The position numbers and the translations under genes are program-made. From an uncultured delta proteobacterium (GTDB taxonomy: Bacteria; Desulfobacterota; Binatia; UBA9968), in assembly GCA_963745035.1 (NCBI GenBank), contig CAVUVW010000013.1, positions 1,728,001-1,792,000 of the forward strand: a stretch of DNA of 64,000 nt, written 5' to 3'. The notes beneath the pieces were generated by a model. The model did no database searches. It was given only the letters and a program-made list of their open reading frames with translations, and was not told where the DNA came from. Below are positions 53,644 to 62,749 of the stretch, piece by piece. How positions within the stretch are numbered: position 1 is the stretch's first letter; every line of letters begins with the position of its first letter.

Positions 53644-54201
53644 CTAACTGGGATTGACGGCGAGCTGGGAAATCTTCAACGCGACGCCAAGCGGCAAGGG
53701 ATTATCGCCGGTGCTCAGAGCCGTGCCCAATCTTTCGATCTCCCACGACGAAACCTTTTCAGCGGCCGGCGCTTCGGTTACGGCGGCCTGCAACTTATCG
53801 GCCTGGGGCAGTTTGATCAGGTATTTGACGTTGTTCCCGTCGCTGAGTGTCACCGAGAGAACCATCTGTTTGCCTTCTTCGGTCGCCAAGGTTTGCAACC
53901 CGGCAATGCGACTTGAAAGGCTGGTCTTGCTCACGGTATCGGCGTAGAGCCAGATGAAGGCGCCGACAAAGGAAGCCATCACCAGCCAGCCGTACTGGCC
54001 GACCCGTTTTTGGCGCTTTATCGACCGGCTTCTCTGTTGATCGAAGAATTTGCGGTAGGATTCTTTTTCCGCCGTCACTTTCTTGACTGGATCCTGATCC
54101 GTGGAACTCGGCGGTTGATTGAAACCGAGGTCCAAGCTGTTCAGTATCATGCCCAGGATCACCAACCCTAGCGGAATGGCGATTAAAAATAGAGGATTCA
54201 T
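53644..54201 (-). CDS. Hypothetical membrane protein
   Basis: Two hydrophobic segments; AAGGAG RBS. Confidence 0.6.
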   Translation of the reverse strand: MNPLFLIAIPLGLVILGMILNSLDLGFNQPPSSTDQDPVKKVTAEKESYRKFFDQQRSRSIKRQKRVGQYGWLVMASFVGAFIWLYADTVSKTSLSSRIAGLQTLATEEGKQMVLSVTLSDGNNVKYLIKLPQADKLQAAVTEAPAAEKVSSWEIERLGTALSTGDNPLPLGVALKISQLAVNPS

Positions 54202-54753
54202 AATTCTCCTTTTGCAGGCTTTTTATAGCCTTTGGATATTGGAAGAGGAGTCTGATCCGGGCATACGTTCGTTTGTCGAACCCGAACGGGAAGTCATTGC
54301 CACCGTTGGTTATGTCGTGTCGACGGGTCTTTACCTCTTGCGCGCCATTACAGCTCTCGCGTTTAGCATAAGATAACCATCCGCGGCGGGAATAAATGTC
54401 TAATAGTGGACAAGTCGAAAAGAAATAAAAAGTAGGCGTGAGGGTGAGCAACCGATGAAGCGAACCCGTTCAAATCGTTCAAGCCGTTCAACCGCTACGC
54501 TCCGTTCAAGACGTAACGGACTAATGCCGGTTCAACGGTTCAATCGTTCAAAAGTTCAACGTCGATCAGGCAATAGGCAACGGGCAACAGTAAAGAGAAG
54601 GCCTTCAACCGGTCCCCGGAACCTGCGCCTGAGTCCAATCAAAGGGTTCAAACCGTTCCGGGTTAGCACCCGCGCTCAAGGTCCGACGTTCCAATTCTCC
54701 CAGGGGGAACTTCCACGTTTCGAGAATTCTCGAAACGTCGAAATGACAACGGG

Positions 54754-55290
54754 CTAGCGGCCGCCGTAGGCGGCGCCTTTTTCTTCTACTAGAAATCCGA
54801 TTTTTCTCTTCTTCGGCTGCGGCGGCGTCATGAGTTGGCGGATCGCGTCAAACACAACCTTGAACTGAGCGTCGTATTTTTTCTCCAGGTCAGCCAACTT
54901 CCGGGCGAGCTGGCTATTCGACGCCAGCATCTGCCGGAGCCGAACGAAGGCGCGCATAATCTCGATATTCACCTGTATTGCACGTCGACTGTTCAGCACT
55001 GACGAAAGCATCGCGACGCCTTGCTCGGTGAAGGCATACGGCGCGTATCGCCTACCTCCGCGACCCTTGTTTGAGGTCGCAAATTGCGACCTCAAAGAGG
55101 CGACTTCTTCTGCGGTCAGCTGAAACATGAAATCTTCTGGAAACCGGGCTCGGTTACGCCTGACCTGCTCGTTGAGCCGCTTGGTCGTCACACCATATAG
55201 GGCAGCGAGATGAACATCGATCAAGACCTTATGACCACGAATCAGCAAAATCGATCGTTCGATGCTCTTAGTCGGAGATGTTGTTGCCAT
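54754..55290 (-). CDS. ORF6N domain DNA-binding protein
   Basis: [41 protein letters not shown]. Confidence 0.9.
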   Translation of the reverse strand: MATTSPTKSIERSILLIRGHKVLIDVHLAALYGVTTKRLNEQVRRNRARFPEDFMFQLTAEEVASLRSQFATSNKGRGGRRYAPYAFTEQGVAMLSSVLNSRRAIQVNIEIMRAFVRLRQMLASNSQLARKLADLEKKYDAQFKVVFDAIRQLMTPPQPKKRKIGFLVEEKGAAYGGR

Positions 55291-55435
55291 TTGGACTCAC
55301 TCCATTTGACAAGTCCGGTGAAACGTCAGCGGATCTTATGGGATGGCCGGGTTTGGGACAAGAGGGACGCGAGGGCAGAAGAGACGTGGTCGTGGGGTTT
55401 ACTTAAGGATAAAGGCAAAGGGATAAAGGATAAGT

Positions 55436-55801
55436 TTAACATTTCGAAATTCTTGACTTGGCTTTGGTGTTTACGACGATGCTAACGAATATACCTTCAG
55501 TTCACCGGTTTCTTTTTTAACGGCGGCCAATCTTTCTTCTGGAACAAATCCGGAATCGCCGAGCAATTCCAACCAGTATTCGCTCTCTTCTAATTCCTGC
55601 AATGAGCCTTCGATCTTGCTGATAAAATCGGCGTTGGACTTGGCTCGTGACGCTTCGCGATACTGCGCGCCGACCGAGGTGCCGGATCGTAAGAGCTGTC
55701 GTCCCATGATCTGCGCCTCTGTTCTCTTTCGGCAATTCGGCAAAAAGCCGGATGACCGAAAGTGCATAATCCTTCGTCCTGATTTTCAAGGCGCTATTCA
55801 T
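55436..55801 (-). CDS. Four-helix-bundle protein, subfamily B copy 2 (two compensating frameshifts)
   Basis: Paralogue of 52256..52621 with the same 366-bp span. Confidence 0.8.
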
Positions 55802-56066
55802 TATCGCCGTTTGAGCATCCCTTATCCTTTATAATTTCTCCTTTAAAATGGTTCGCCATCGCCGTCGGGGCTTATCCTTTATCCTTCAGCCTTTATCCTT
55901 TCAACTTGTGCCGTGTTCGTGTTCGTGTCGGATAGCTACCGTGAACGTGATTCGAGTCGATGGCGGCTCTGGCAAAACAGCCGTTCAAAACGTCCGAGGA
56001 GTAAAACCAGGACAAGGGAACTTCCACGTTTCGGGAATTCTCAAACGAAACGTCGAAAGGTCGCGC

Positions 56067-56297
56067 TCACGCCGCGGTGTACTGACGGACTTCGACCTGA
56101 ATTCCTAACTGGGCGGCTTCAGCCGCGGATCTGAGAAGGCTGGCTGTAATGTTTTCATCAACGTATTCTTCACCGCAATTTGCGCAGACCCGAGCTGGAA
56201 CACCCTTGAAGACCAAAGTGGCTCCGTCTTTGTCCAACGTCACGGTCGCCGTCCCAGCCTTTGTTTCGCCCTTCTTGCAAATCACGCATTTCATCAA
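56067..56297 (-). CDS. YgiT/MqsA-type zinc-finger antitoxin
   Basis: MKCVICKKG...VPARVCANCGEEY. Confidence 0.85.
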   Translation of the reverse strand: MMKCVICKKGETKAGTATVTLDKDGATLVFKGVPARVCANCGEEYVDENITASLLRSAAEAAQLGIQVEVRQYTAA

Positions 56298-56578
56298 GTC
56301 TTTCTCCTTTTAAAATCCGGTTCCCATTCCTCCGGATCCGGCTCATAGACGGTAATGACGATATTTTCCTGATCATCCAGATTATCAGCGAGGACGACGT
56401 GAATCGGTCGGCGGCCGTTCCATCCGAGAACTAGACGACTCGGATATGGCGTGTCATCAGGATAATCTTCCACCGTTTCTCCCGTAACAATAACATGTCG
56501 AACTTCGGTCTCCGTTATAGTGCGCTGATACATACGTTGAATGGCGTGGACTCGAAAGACCAATCGGTTAAATACCAC
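56294..56578 (-). CDS. DUF4258 putative toxin
   Basis: HAIQRM.QR.I, EDYPDD.PYPS.L, IVITVYEPD. Confidence 0.85.
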   Translation of the reverse strand: MVFNRLVFRVHAIQRMYQRTITETEVRHVIVTGETVEDYPDDTPYPSRLVLGWNGRRPIHVVLADNLDDQENIVITVYEPDPEEWEPDFKRRKT

Positions 56579-56828
56579 GCAAGAACCTCACCTGTTTCCA
56601 TGATTCGTGAGCAGACCGTGACATAGGAGCCCACGGTCTGGATTCGAGTTCATCAAGCCACGTCTCGCGAGCAACGCGAAGGCGGGATGATTTCACCCCA
56701 TAACGATATTCGCCTAACACGATAACGGGCAGATGGATATCGGTGGCTGATTGCTGAAGACAATTGAGCAAGCGTTGGTTTGCGTCGGCAAAATCGGAAA
56801 CAGCGTTGGTATCGAGGATCACTTCCAC
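56568..56828 (-). pseudogene. VapC/PIN toxin, C-terminally truncated
   Basis: ILDTNAVS...IVLGEY; only 86 aa and lacks the distal acidic motif. Confidence 0.7.
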
Positions 56829-57100
56829 TCCCGGGGATCGATCCTCTCAAATTCCTCATCAATTATTTTTTGGATGCTGCGCGTGTCCGTACGCATGTCC
56901 TCCGATTTAGCGAAAGCTCCATAAAGTTTCATCCATCGAGGCTCGCCCTTCTCTAGCTCTTCGTCGCGACCAATTTTGTCCTCAATGGCTTCAGCAACGA
57001 GTTGTTCTAAGCTAAGGCCCTTCGCGGCCGCCAGGGTTTTGGCACGTTTCAGCGTCTTTTCGGATATCTCGACTGTTGTCTTCATAGATCTTACTCCCAC
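56819..57100 (-). CDS. VapB-like RHH antitoxin
   Basis: MKTTVEISEKTLKRAK..AA..GLSLEQLVAEAI. Confidence 0.75.
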   Translation of the reverse strand: MGVRSMKTTVEISEKTLKRAKTLAAAKGLSLEQLVAEAIEDKIGRDEELEKGEPRWMKLYGAFAKSEDMRTDTRSIQKIIDEEFERIDPREWK

Positions 57101-57524
57101 ATGACTGAGTCTACTGGATTCGGCGGGTTTCGGGCAAGAGCGTTCTTAAAGGATAAGGGCAAACGGATAAAGGATAAACCGAGAGAAGGGAAAGGGGACC
57201 GGAAAAAATAAGCTCTGAGACCAATCTCAAAGTTTAGTTTTCGCAATCCTTGATTTCGCCTTCGTGTTCCTGACGATGGCGACGAAGATTCCTTTTAGTT
57301 CACCGGTTTCTTTTTTAATCGTGCTCAATTTTTCTTGTGGAACGAATCCGGAATCGCCGAGCAGTTCGTAGACCGGCTTAACGGGTTCAAGAGTTCAAAG
57401 GCGGATTCTCGGAGGGGAAACTTGCACGTTTCGGGAATTCTCGAAACGTGGAAATGTGAAGTCAGGCACGAGGCGTAAGGCAACAGGCAACAGTACCGAA
57501 ACTGCGAACTTGAGGGTAGCCCTC

Positions 57525-57715
57525 CTATTTTGGATCTGGGATACCGAGTTGGCGGCAAATCTTGCGTGCTAGAAAATTGGCGATCTCCGTATGTCTTGGA
57601 ACGGTTGTAACGCGGCGCGGATCGGCAAGATTGACGTACTTGCTGTGCTTTGCCCCTTCGTCGGCGAGAACGCATCCGAACCGCTCAAGTGTCGGATGAA
57701 CTCGCGTCGTTTCAC
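57525..57715 (-). CDS. HicA-family toxin, one-base frameshift near 57686 (not in ORF track)
   Basis: MKRREFIRHL / RFGCVLADEGAKHSKY...TTVPRHTEI...ARKICRQLGI. Confidence 0.75.
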
Positions 57716-57916
57716 TTACACCTCGAGTTGCTCGATCACGATTTTGTTTTTGGGTAGCTTAGATAGATCCAGTGGCTCGCGTATCATCCGCACCGCATCG
57801 ATGAGATTCTCACGTGCCTCTTCCAGCGTCACCCCCTGTGTCAACGCACCGGGAACATCATCGGTCCATGCCACCCACCATTTACCGTCTTGCACAAAAC
57901 TCGCCTGAATCTTCAT
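57716..57916 (-). CDS. HicB-family antitoxin (short)
   Basis: WWVAW..DVPGALTQGVTLEEARENLIDA. Confidence 0.85.
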   Translation of the reverse strand: MKIQASFVQDGKWWVAWTDDVPGALTQGVTLEEARENLIDAVRMIREPLDLSKLPKNKIVIEQLEV

Positions 57917-58450
57917 AAAAGCAATCTCCTATCGGCACTAATTTTACGCGAAACAGCAGGGCGATGCCAATCGTCGGAGGGAGAATGTTACAAACGAAAA
58001 GCGGTTCCAAGGGTTCCACTCGTTTCCAGACGTTCCAATCGTTCCGGAGCAACGCACTTCAAGAGTTCAAGGTCGAGAATTGCCCGGTCATAACGCAAGA
58101 AAACAGCCGTGATCGTGATTCGTGATCGTGTCTACCGGTTAAGAGTCTGCGACAGCCTGGAGAGCATCTTTCAAAGGATAAAGGCAAACGGATAAAGGAT
58201 GAGGGATAAAAACCGTGAGCGTGGGGGGAAAGGCCGTGTTCGTGGATCGTGGGCGCGCTGGAGCAGTCTAAGCGGTTCGTGGCCGACCGTTACTGTTAAA
58301 GACAGAGAACTCATGCGCGGAAAACGGCGTTGATCAGTGCCAGCCCTTCCCGTCATTCTCGAAACGTCGAAATGTGAAGTCAGACACGAGGTGGGAGGCA
58401 GCAGGCGCGAGCCAGGAACAATACTCGGGAAGGAACCTTGAACTGGACCT

Positions 58451-58705
58451 TTACCTGTAGACTTCCCGCCGATGTCTTACACGAAAAATTCTCACACGCC
58501 TGCGCGCATCATCGATATCGTAGACGACTCGATAATCTCCGATTCGGAGGCGCCAATCATTTCGCGAGCCGGTTAACTTGTGGCAACCGGGTGGGCGTGG
58601 ATTTTCGGCGAGGGCGTTTATGCGGGAAACGATACGATTGAAGATAGTGTGAGGCAGCGCTCGAAGATCGCGTTCAGCAATCCGCTCAATTAGAATCTCA
58701 TACAC
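58451..58705 (-). CDS. RelE/ParE toxin, duplicate of 46500..46754
   Basis: Two amino-acid differences. Confidence 0.9.
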   Translation of the reverse strand: MYEILIERIAERDLRALPHTIFNRIVSRINALAENPRPPGCHKLTGSRNDWRLRIGDYRVVYDIDDARRRVRIFRVRHRREVYR

Positions 58706-58958
58706 CCGCAGTGTCCTTCACAAAGTCGGCAAACTTGCGAAATTTGAGCGGCCTTTTCCTCATTTCCTTGAGCGTCTTGAGGTCCTCCGCATCCTCCGCG
58801 CGCTCGAGCAACTCGCGATACTCCTCAATACCGAGAATGACGGCGGTCGGCCTTCCTCTACGCATTACGATTTCGGGGTCCCTTCTTTTTCGCCTTGCTT
58901 TCATGGTTTTCACCTTGTCTGTTTGGACGACAATATCATCCCCAAAAAGTCCCTTCAA
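58698..58958 (-). CDS. Antitoxin, duplicate of 46747..47007
   Basis: Two amino-acid differences. Confidence 0.75.
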   Translation of the reverse strand: MKGLFGDDIVVQTDKVKTMKARRKRRDPEIVMRRGRPTAVILGIEEYRELLERAEDAEDLKTLKEMRKRPLKFRKFADFVKDTAGV

Positions 58959-59191
58959 ATGGACGCCGTGACGCGCGACTCGAGACGTTTACTTAAGGAT
59001 AAAGGCAAAGGGATAAAGGATAAAAACAAAAAGACGTGAGCGTGGGGAAAGGCCGTGTTCGTGATCGAGGATGTGCTAGAGGAGCAAGCGATGATAGAGC
59101 GCGAAAAGGATAAAGGACTACGACAACCTGAGAGCAAGGGCAAAGGGACCAAGGGCAAAGGGATAAAGGCTCTGAGAGCCAATCTCAAAGT

Positions 59192-61598
59192 TTAGTTTTC
59201 GCAATCCTTGATTTCGCCTTCGGTGTTCCTGACGATGGCGACGAAGATTCCTTTTAGTTCACCGGTTTCTTTTTTAATCGTGCTCAATTTTTCTTGTGGA
59301 ACGAATCCGGAATCGCCGAGCAATTCCAACCAGTACTCGCTCTCTTCTAATTCCTGCAATGAGCCTTCGATCTTGCTGATGAAATCGGGTAGAGTAGAGA
59401 ACAGGCGCAGCATTATTTAGGTTGACCCTTGGCCGTATCCGTCGTTTCCAACTTCGTGCCCGTTTAGGATCTCCGTGAAACACAGTCCTGTTCCCCCTCA
59501 TCAAACCGTACTTGCAGTTCTCCCGCATACGGCTTTCCGATCATCTTCACTTCAAGGCATTGCGAGTTGACCGATATCGGGCATGTACTGTGGGATCGTG
59601 ACCATTCCAAACTCTTTATAGAGCCGGGACGCTGGCCACTGGCTCGATCGAAACCCTTTGATCTGTCGTCGCCCCCGCAGGTACTTGAGCATTCGCCGCT
59701 CCAGAAAATATCGCTGCCGGGTAAACACCGCGTGCTGTTATGCAGGTGGAAGTAATTTACCCACCCCGCGACATACCGATTGACCCGATCCATCACCTCT
59801 TGTTGGGGAAGGCAATGGGTCCAGCGCGCCGTCAGCGCTCGCACTTCGTCTCGAAAGCGCCGCTCGGACTTTTGCGCGATGGTTGCGTCAACGTGATCAT
59901 CCGACTGCTCTTGTAGACTGATTCTGCGAGTAAAAGCTAAATCCCAGAAAATCAAAGCTCCCATACGAGCATCGACCATCCGAGTCTTGTTCGTCGTTCA
60001 ACTTTAGCTCCATTCGCTCGATTATCTGCCTGCACTTTCTTGCACCGTCGCTTCGATTCTGCCGCGCATCAGGATGACAAAGTCATCGGCATATCGCACC
60101 AGCTGCGCTGTCGAGCCCGTGCTACGACAATACGATCGGAACATCCGGTCAAATAGATGCAGGTAAATATTGGCAAGTAGACGGGGAGATCACTCCGCCT
60201 TGAGGCGTGCCCCGCTCGGGTCGGTTTGACTGCGCCGCTTCCCTTCCTCGTCTTCTTCCACCACTGCCGCACTGAGCCACTGCTTGATCCAATGCAAAAT
60301 GTGCCGGTCGTTGATTCGTGTGGCAATCAGCTTCATGAACTTATCGTGGGCAATGCGTGTCGAAGTACTGCTGAAGGTCAGCGTCTAACACATACGGATG
60401 ACGCACGGTAGAGCGCCTACCCGGATAGCACCGACAGCTTGATGAGCGTCTCTTCTTCGGACGAAATCCAAAACTGCAATCCTCGAAGTCCGCCTCAAAG
60501 ATCGGCTCAATGACGATCTTCACCGCCATCTGTGCTACTCGGTCTCCGAATGGTCGGTATCCCAACGGCCTCTTTCTTCCATCGGCCTTCGGGAATAAAG
60601 ACCCGGCGTACGGCTTGCGCTCGGTAGGTCTTTTCTTTTAGTTCCTGTTGAAGCGTCAATAGAAACTTCGCTTCGCCTTCGCCAGTCTCGATAGACTGAA
60701 AAGTTACCCCGTCGATCCCGGGGCTCCGCCATTGGCTCGAACCAAGCGATAGGCGTGCTGCGATAATATCCTCACGCCATACTTTGTCCGGCAATAGATA
60801 AAAGCGAAACTTGGGCTCTCTCTTGACCTTGAGATACAGTTTGCGCTGGAGGTCTCGAATCTTCTCAGGTGTTTGTAGCCTCACGGCAATCACCTTCTCC
60901 TTTCCTCGTTAACAAACTTAATGAAAGCAGGGCGCCTTCCCTCCATCCGGCATTGCCCGATTTCTTAGGTACTACTCGCCCCTCCGACTTCTCGCTTGCC
61001 TGAACTCGGTTTTCGTTTGCCCTTATACCGAGTCCATCGCAGCCATCACCCGCGACAAACGAGATCTCCTGCGTTACCCAGCAACAGCTTCTCTCACATC
61101 CCGTCCCGACGACCCCGGAGAGTTCATCTGATGCTTCTTCGGTTAGCTTCACAGATGACTGCGGCCTTCCCCATCTGACAACAGGGTCGGCACTCTCGAT
61201 TTGCAAGTGACGAGGCTCTGTATGGGTTCCTGATTAGTACGGTCTGTGAGTTTGCGATTCTCCGCTGCTGTTCTCTGATCATTTGCCTCCTTTCTCTTTG
61301 ATTCGGAGTTTTCTCGATCCGCTTAGTCTCAAGAGTCGCCTCTCAAAACCGGTTCTTCGCTAACGGGGTGAACCGTTAATTCCCCGCACCGGACTTTAAC
61401 CGGTTAGCTGCTCTGCTTCCGCGGCGCACGTCAGACTTGCCCCGCGATGCCTCGCGATACTGCGCGCCGACCGAGGTGCCGGATCGCAAGAGCTGACGCC
61501 CCATAACCTGCGCTTCTGTTCTTTTCGGTAATTCGGCAAAGAGCCGGATGACCGAAAGTGCATACTCTTTGGTTCTGACTCTTCAGATCGCGATTCAT
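59192..61598 (-). CDS. Four-helix-bundle protein, subfamily B copy 3, split by a group II intron (exons 61598-61430 and 59388-59192)
   Basis: 5' exon ends ...[10 protein letters not shown](K)SD; 3' exon resumes [19 protein letters not shown]. Confidence 0.85.
59389..61429 (-). mobile_element. Group II intron
   Basis: 5' GTGCG at 61429; domain V AGCCGTATGCGGGAGAACTGCAAGTACGGTT (~59503-59535); domain VI ending CTCTAC; internal RT. Confidence 0.92.
59552..60893 (-). pseudogene. Group II intron reverse transcriptase/maturase, multiply frameshifted
   Basis: [37 protein letters not shown] and GWVNYF spread across several frames. Confidence 0.85.
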
Positions 61599-61720
61599 AA
61601 AGGATAGGGCAAAGGGATAAAGGATAAGTTTACCGCAAATCAGCGCGTCACAAGGCTAAGCGTGAGCGGATTTTATCCTTTATCCTTCATCCCTTATCCT
61701 TTCAAGGAAGACCAGGTTTT

Positions 61721-62737
61721 CTACTTATACAAGCCGTCGATGAAGCCGGAGCGGTCGAACTCCTCCAGAAACCGGGTGTCGACGAAGTCTTTGGGGTTGG
61801 CGGTGCGCGCGGCGGGGACTTTCTCGGCGAGTTCGGCGAATACGGTCTTGAAGCCTTCGAGCGTGGGATAGGGTTTTACCGGAACCAGGCTCTTGAGGAG
61901 CTGATAGCTCTCCTCGAGCTCCTTGGGATCGGTGCTGCGCATGTACTTGCTCAGCGCCTTCTTGGCCAGGTCGGGATTGGTGCGCATGAGATGAATGCCC
62001 TCGAGAAAGGACTTCACGATGCGGCGGTTCAAGTCCGGGTTTGCGGCGACAGACTTCTGCGCGGTCACCAGACCGATGTGCTGGATCGGAATGTCCATCT
62101 CCGCCATGTTGGCGAGGATCTTCATGCCACCGGCGACGGCGTGGTTGTAATAGGGCGGATTCAACAGCGCGGCGTCGATGATGCCGCTCATCATCGCCGC
62201 GATCCGCGCCGGGTCGGCGCCCGGAGTCTGGACGTAGGTCACGTCCCGTTCCGGGTCCAGGCCGAACTTGGCCAGCATCAGCCGGCTGGCGCGGTCCGCC
62301 GCCGAGCCGAAGCGGAAAATCCCGATCCGTTTGCCTTTGAGGTCTTTGGGTGAAGCGATCGAAGGCCGCGCCACCAGCCGGTAGGTGAACTTGTTGACGA
62401 AGCCGGCGAGCATGATGAGATCGGCGCCGGCCAGTTTGGGCGCCGACATGTTGATCGCGGTCATCATCGCGAAATCGATATTGCCGGCGATCAGCGCCTT
62501 CTGCGCCAGGGTGCTTTCCAGATAGAGCACCTCGACATCGATGCCGTTCTTGTCGAAGAGCTTTCCTTCTTTCGTGATCCAGAGCATGGCGACATTGATC
62601 GACGGCGACGCGAAACCCGCGCGCAGGCGGGTGGCCTCCGCGCCGCGGGCGGACGACGCGAGCATGAAAGAGAGCCCGGCGACGACGAACACGCTACAAA
62701 GACAACCTGCGCTCGCTCTGAAAAACCGCAGCCGCAT
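61721..62737 (-). CDS. ABC transporter substrate-binding protein (NMT1/SsuA-like)
   Basis: EGKLFDKNGIDVE, DLKGKRIGI. Confidence 0.82.
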   Translation of the reverse strand: MRLRFFRASAGCLCSVFVVAGLSFMLASSARGAEATRLRAGFASPSINVAMLWITKEGKLFDKNGIDVEVLYLESTLAQKALIAGNIDFAMMTAINMSAPKLAGADLIMLAGFVNKFTYRLVARPSIASPKDLKGKRIGIFRFGSAADRASRLMLAKFGLDPERDVTYVQTPGADPARIAAMMSGIIDAALLNPPYYNHAVAGGMKILANMAEMDIPIQHIGLVTAQKSVAANPDLNRRIVKSFLEGIHLMRTNPDLAKKALSKYMRSTDPKELEESYQLLKSLVPVKPYPTLEGFKTVFAELAEKVPAARTANPKDFVDTRFLEEFDRSGFIDGLYK

Positions 62738-62749
62738 ACCTTTCTCCCC

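Noticed and set aside
46382-58392. CRISPR array made of the palindromic repeats
   Set aside because: Spacing ranges from about 100 to thousands of bases and includes whole genes; no cas genes
45700-59200. Classical integron cassette array
   Set aside because: No RYYYAAC...GTTRRRY attC structure recognised and no tyrosine integrase in the window
45789-61429. Diversity-generating retroelement (Avd-like genes plus RT)
   Set aside because: The RT lies within a group II intron with domains V/VI; paralogue differences are largely synonymous and not adenine-specific; no TR/VR pair found
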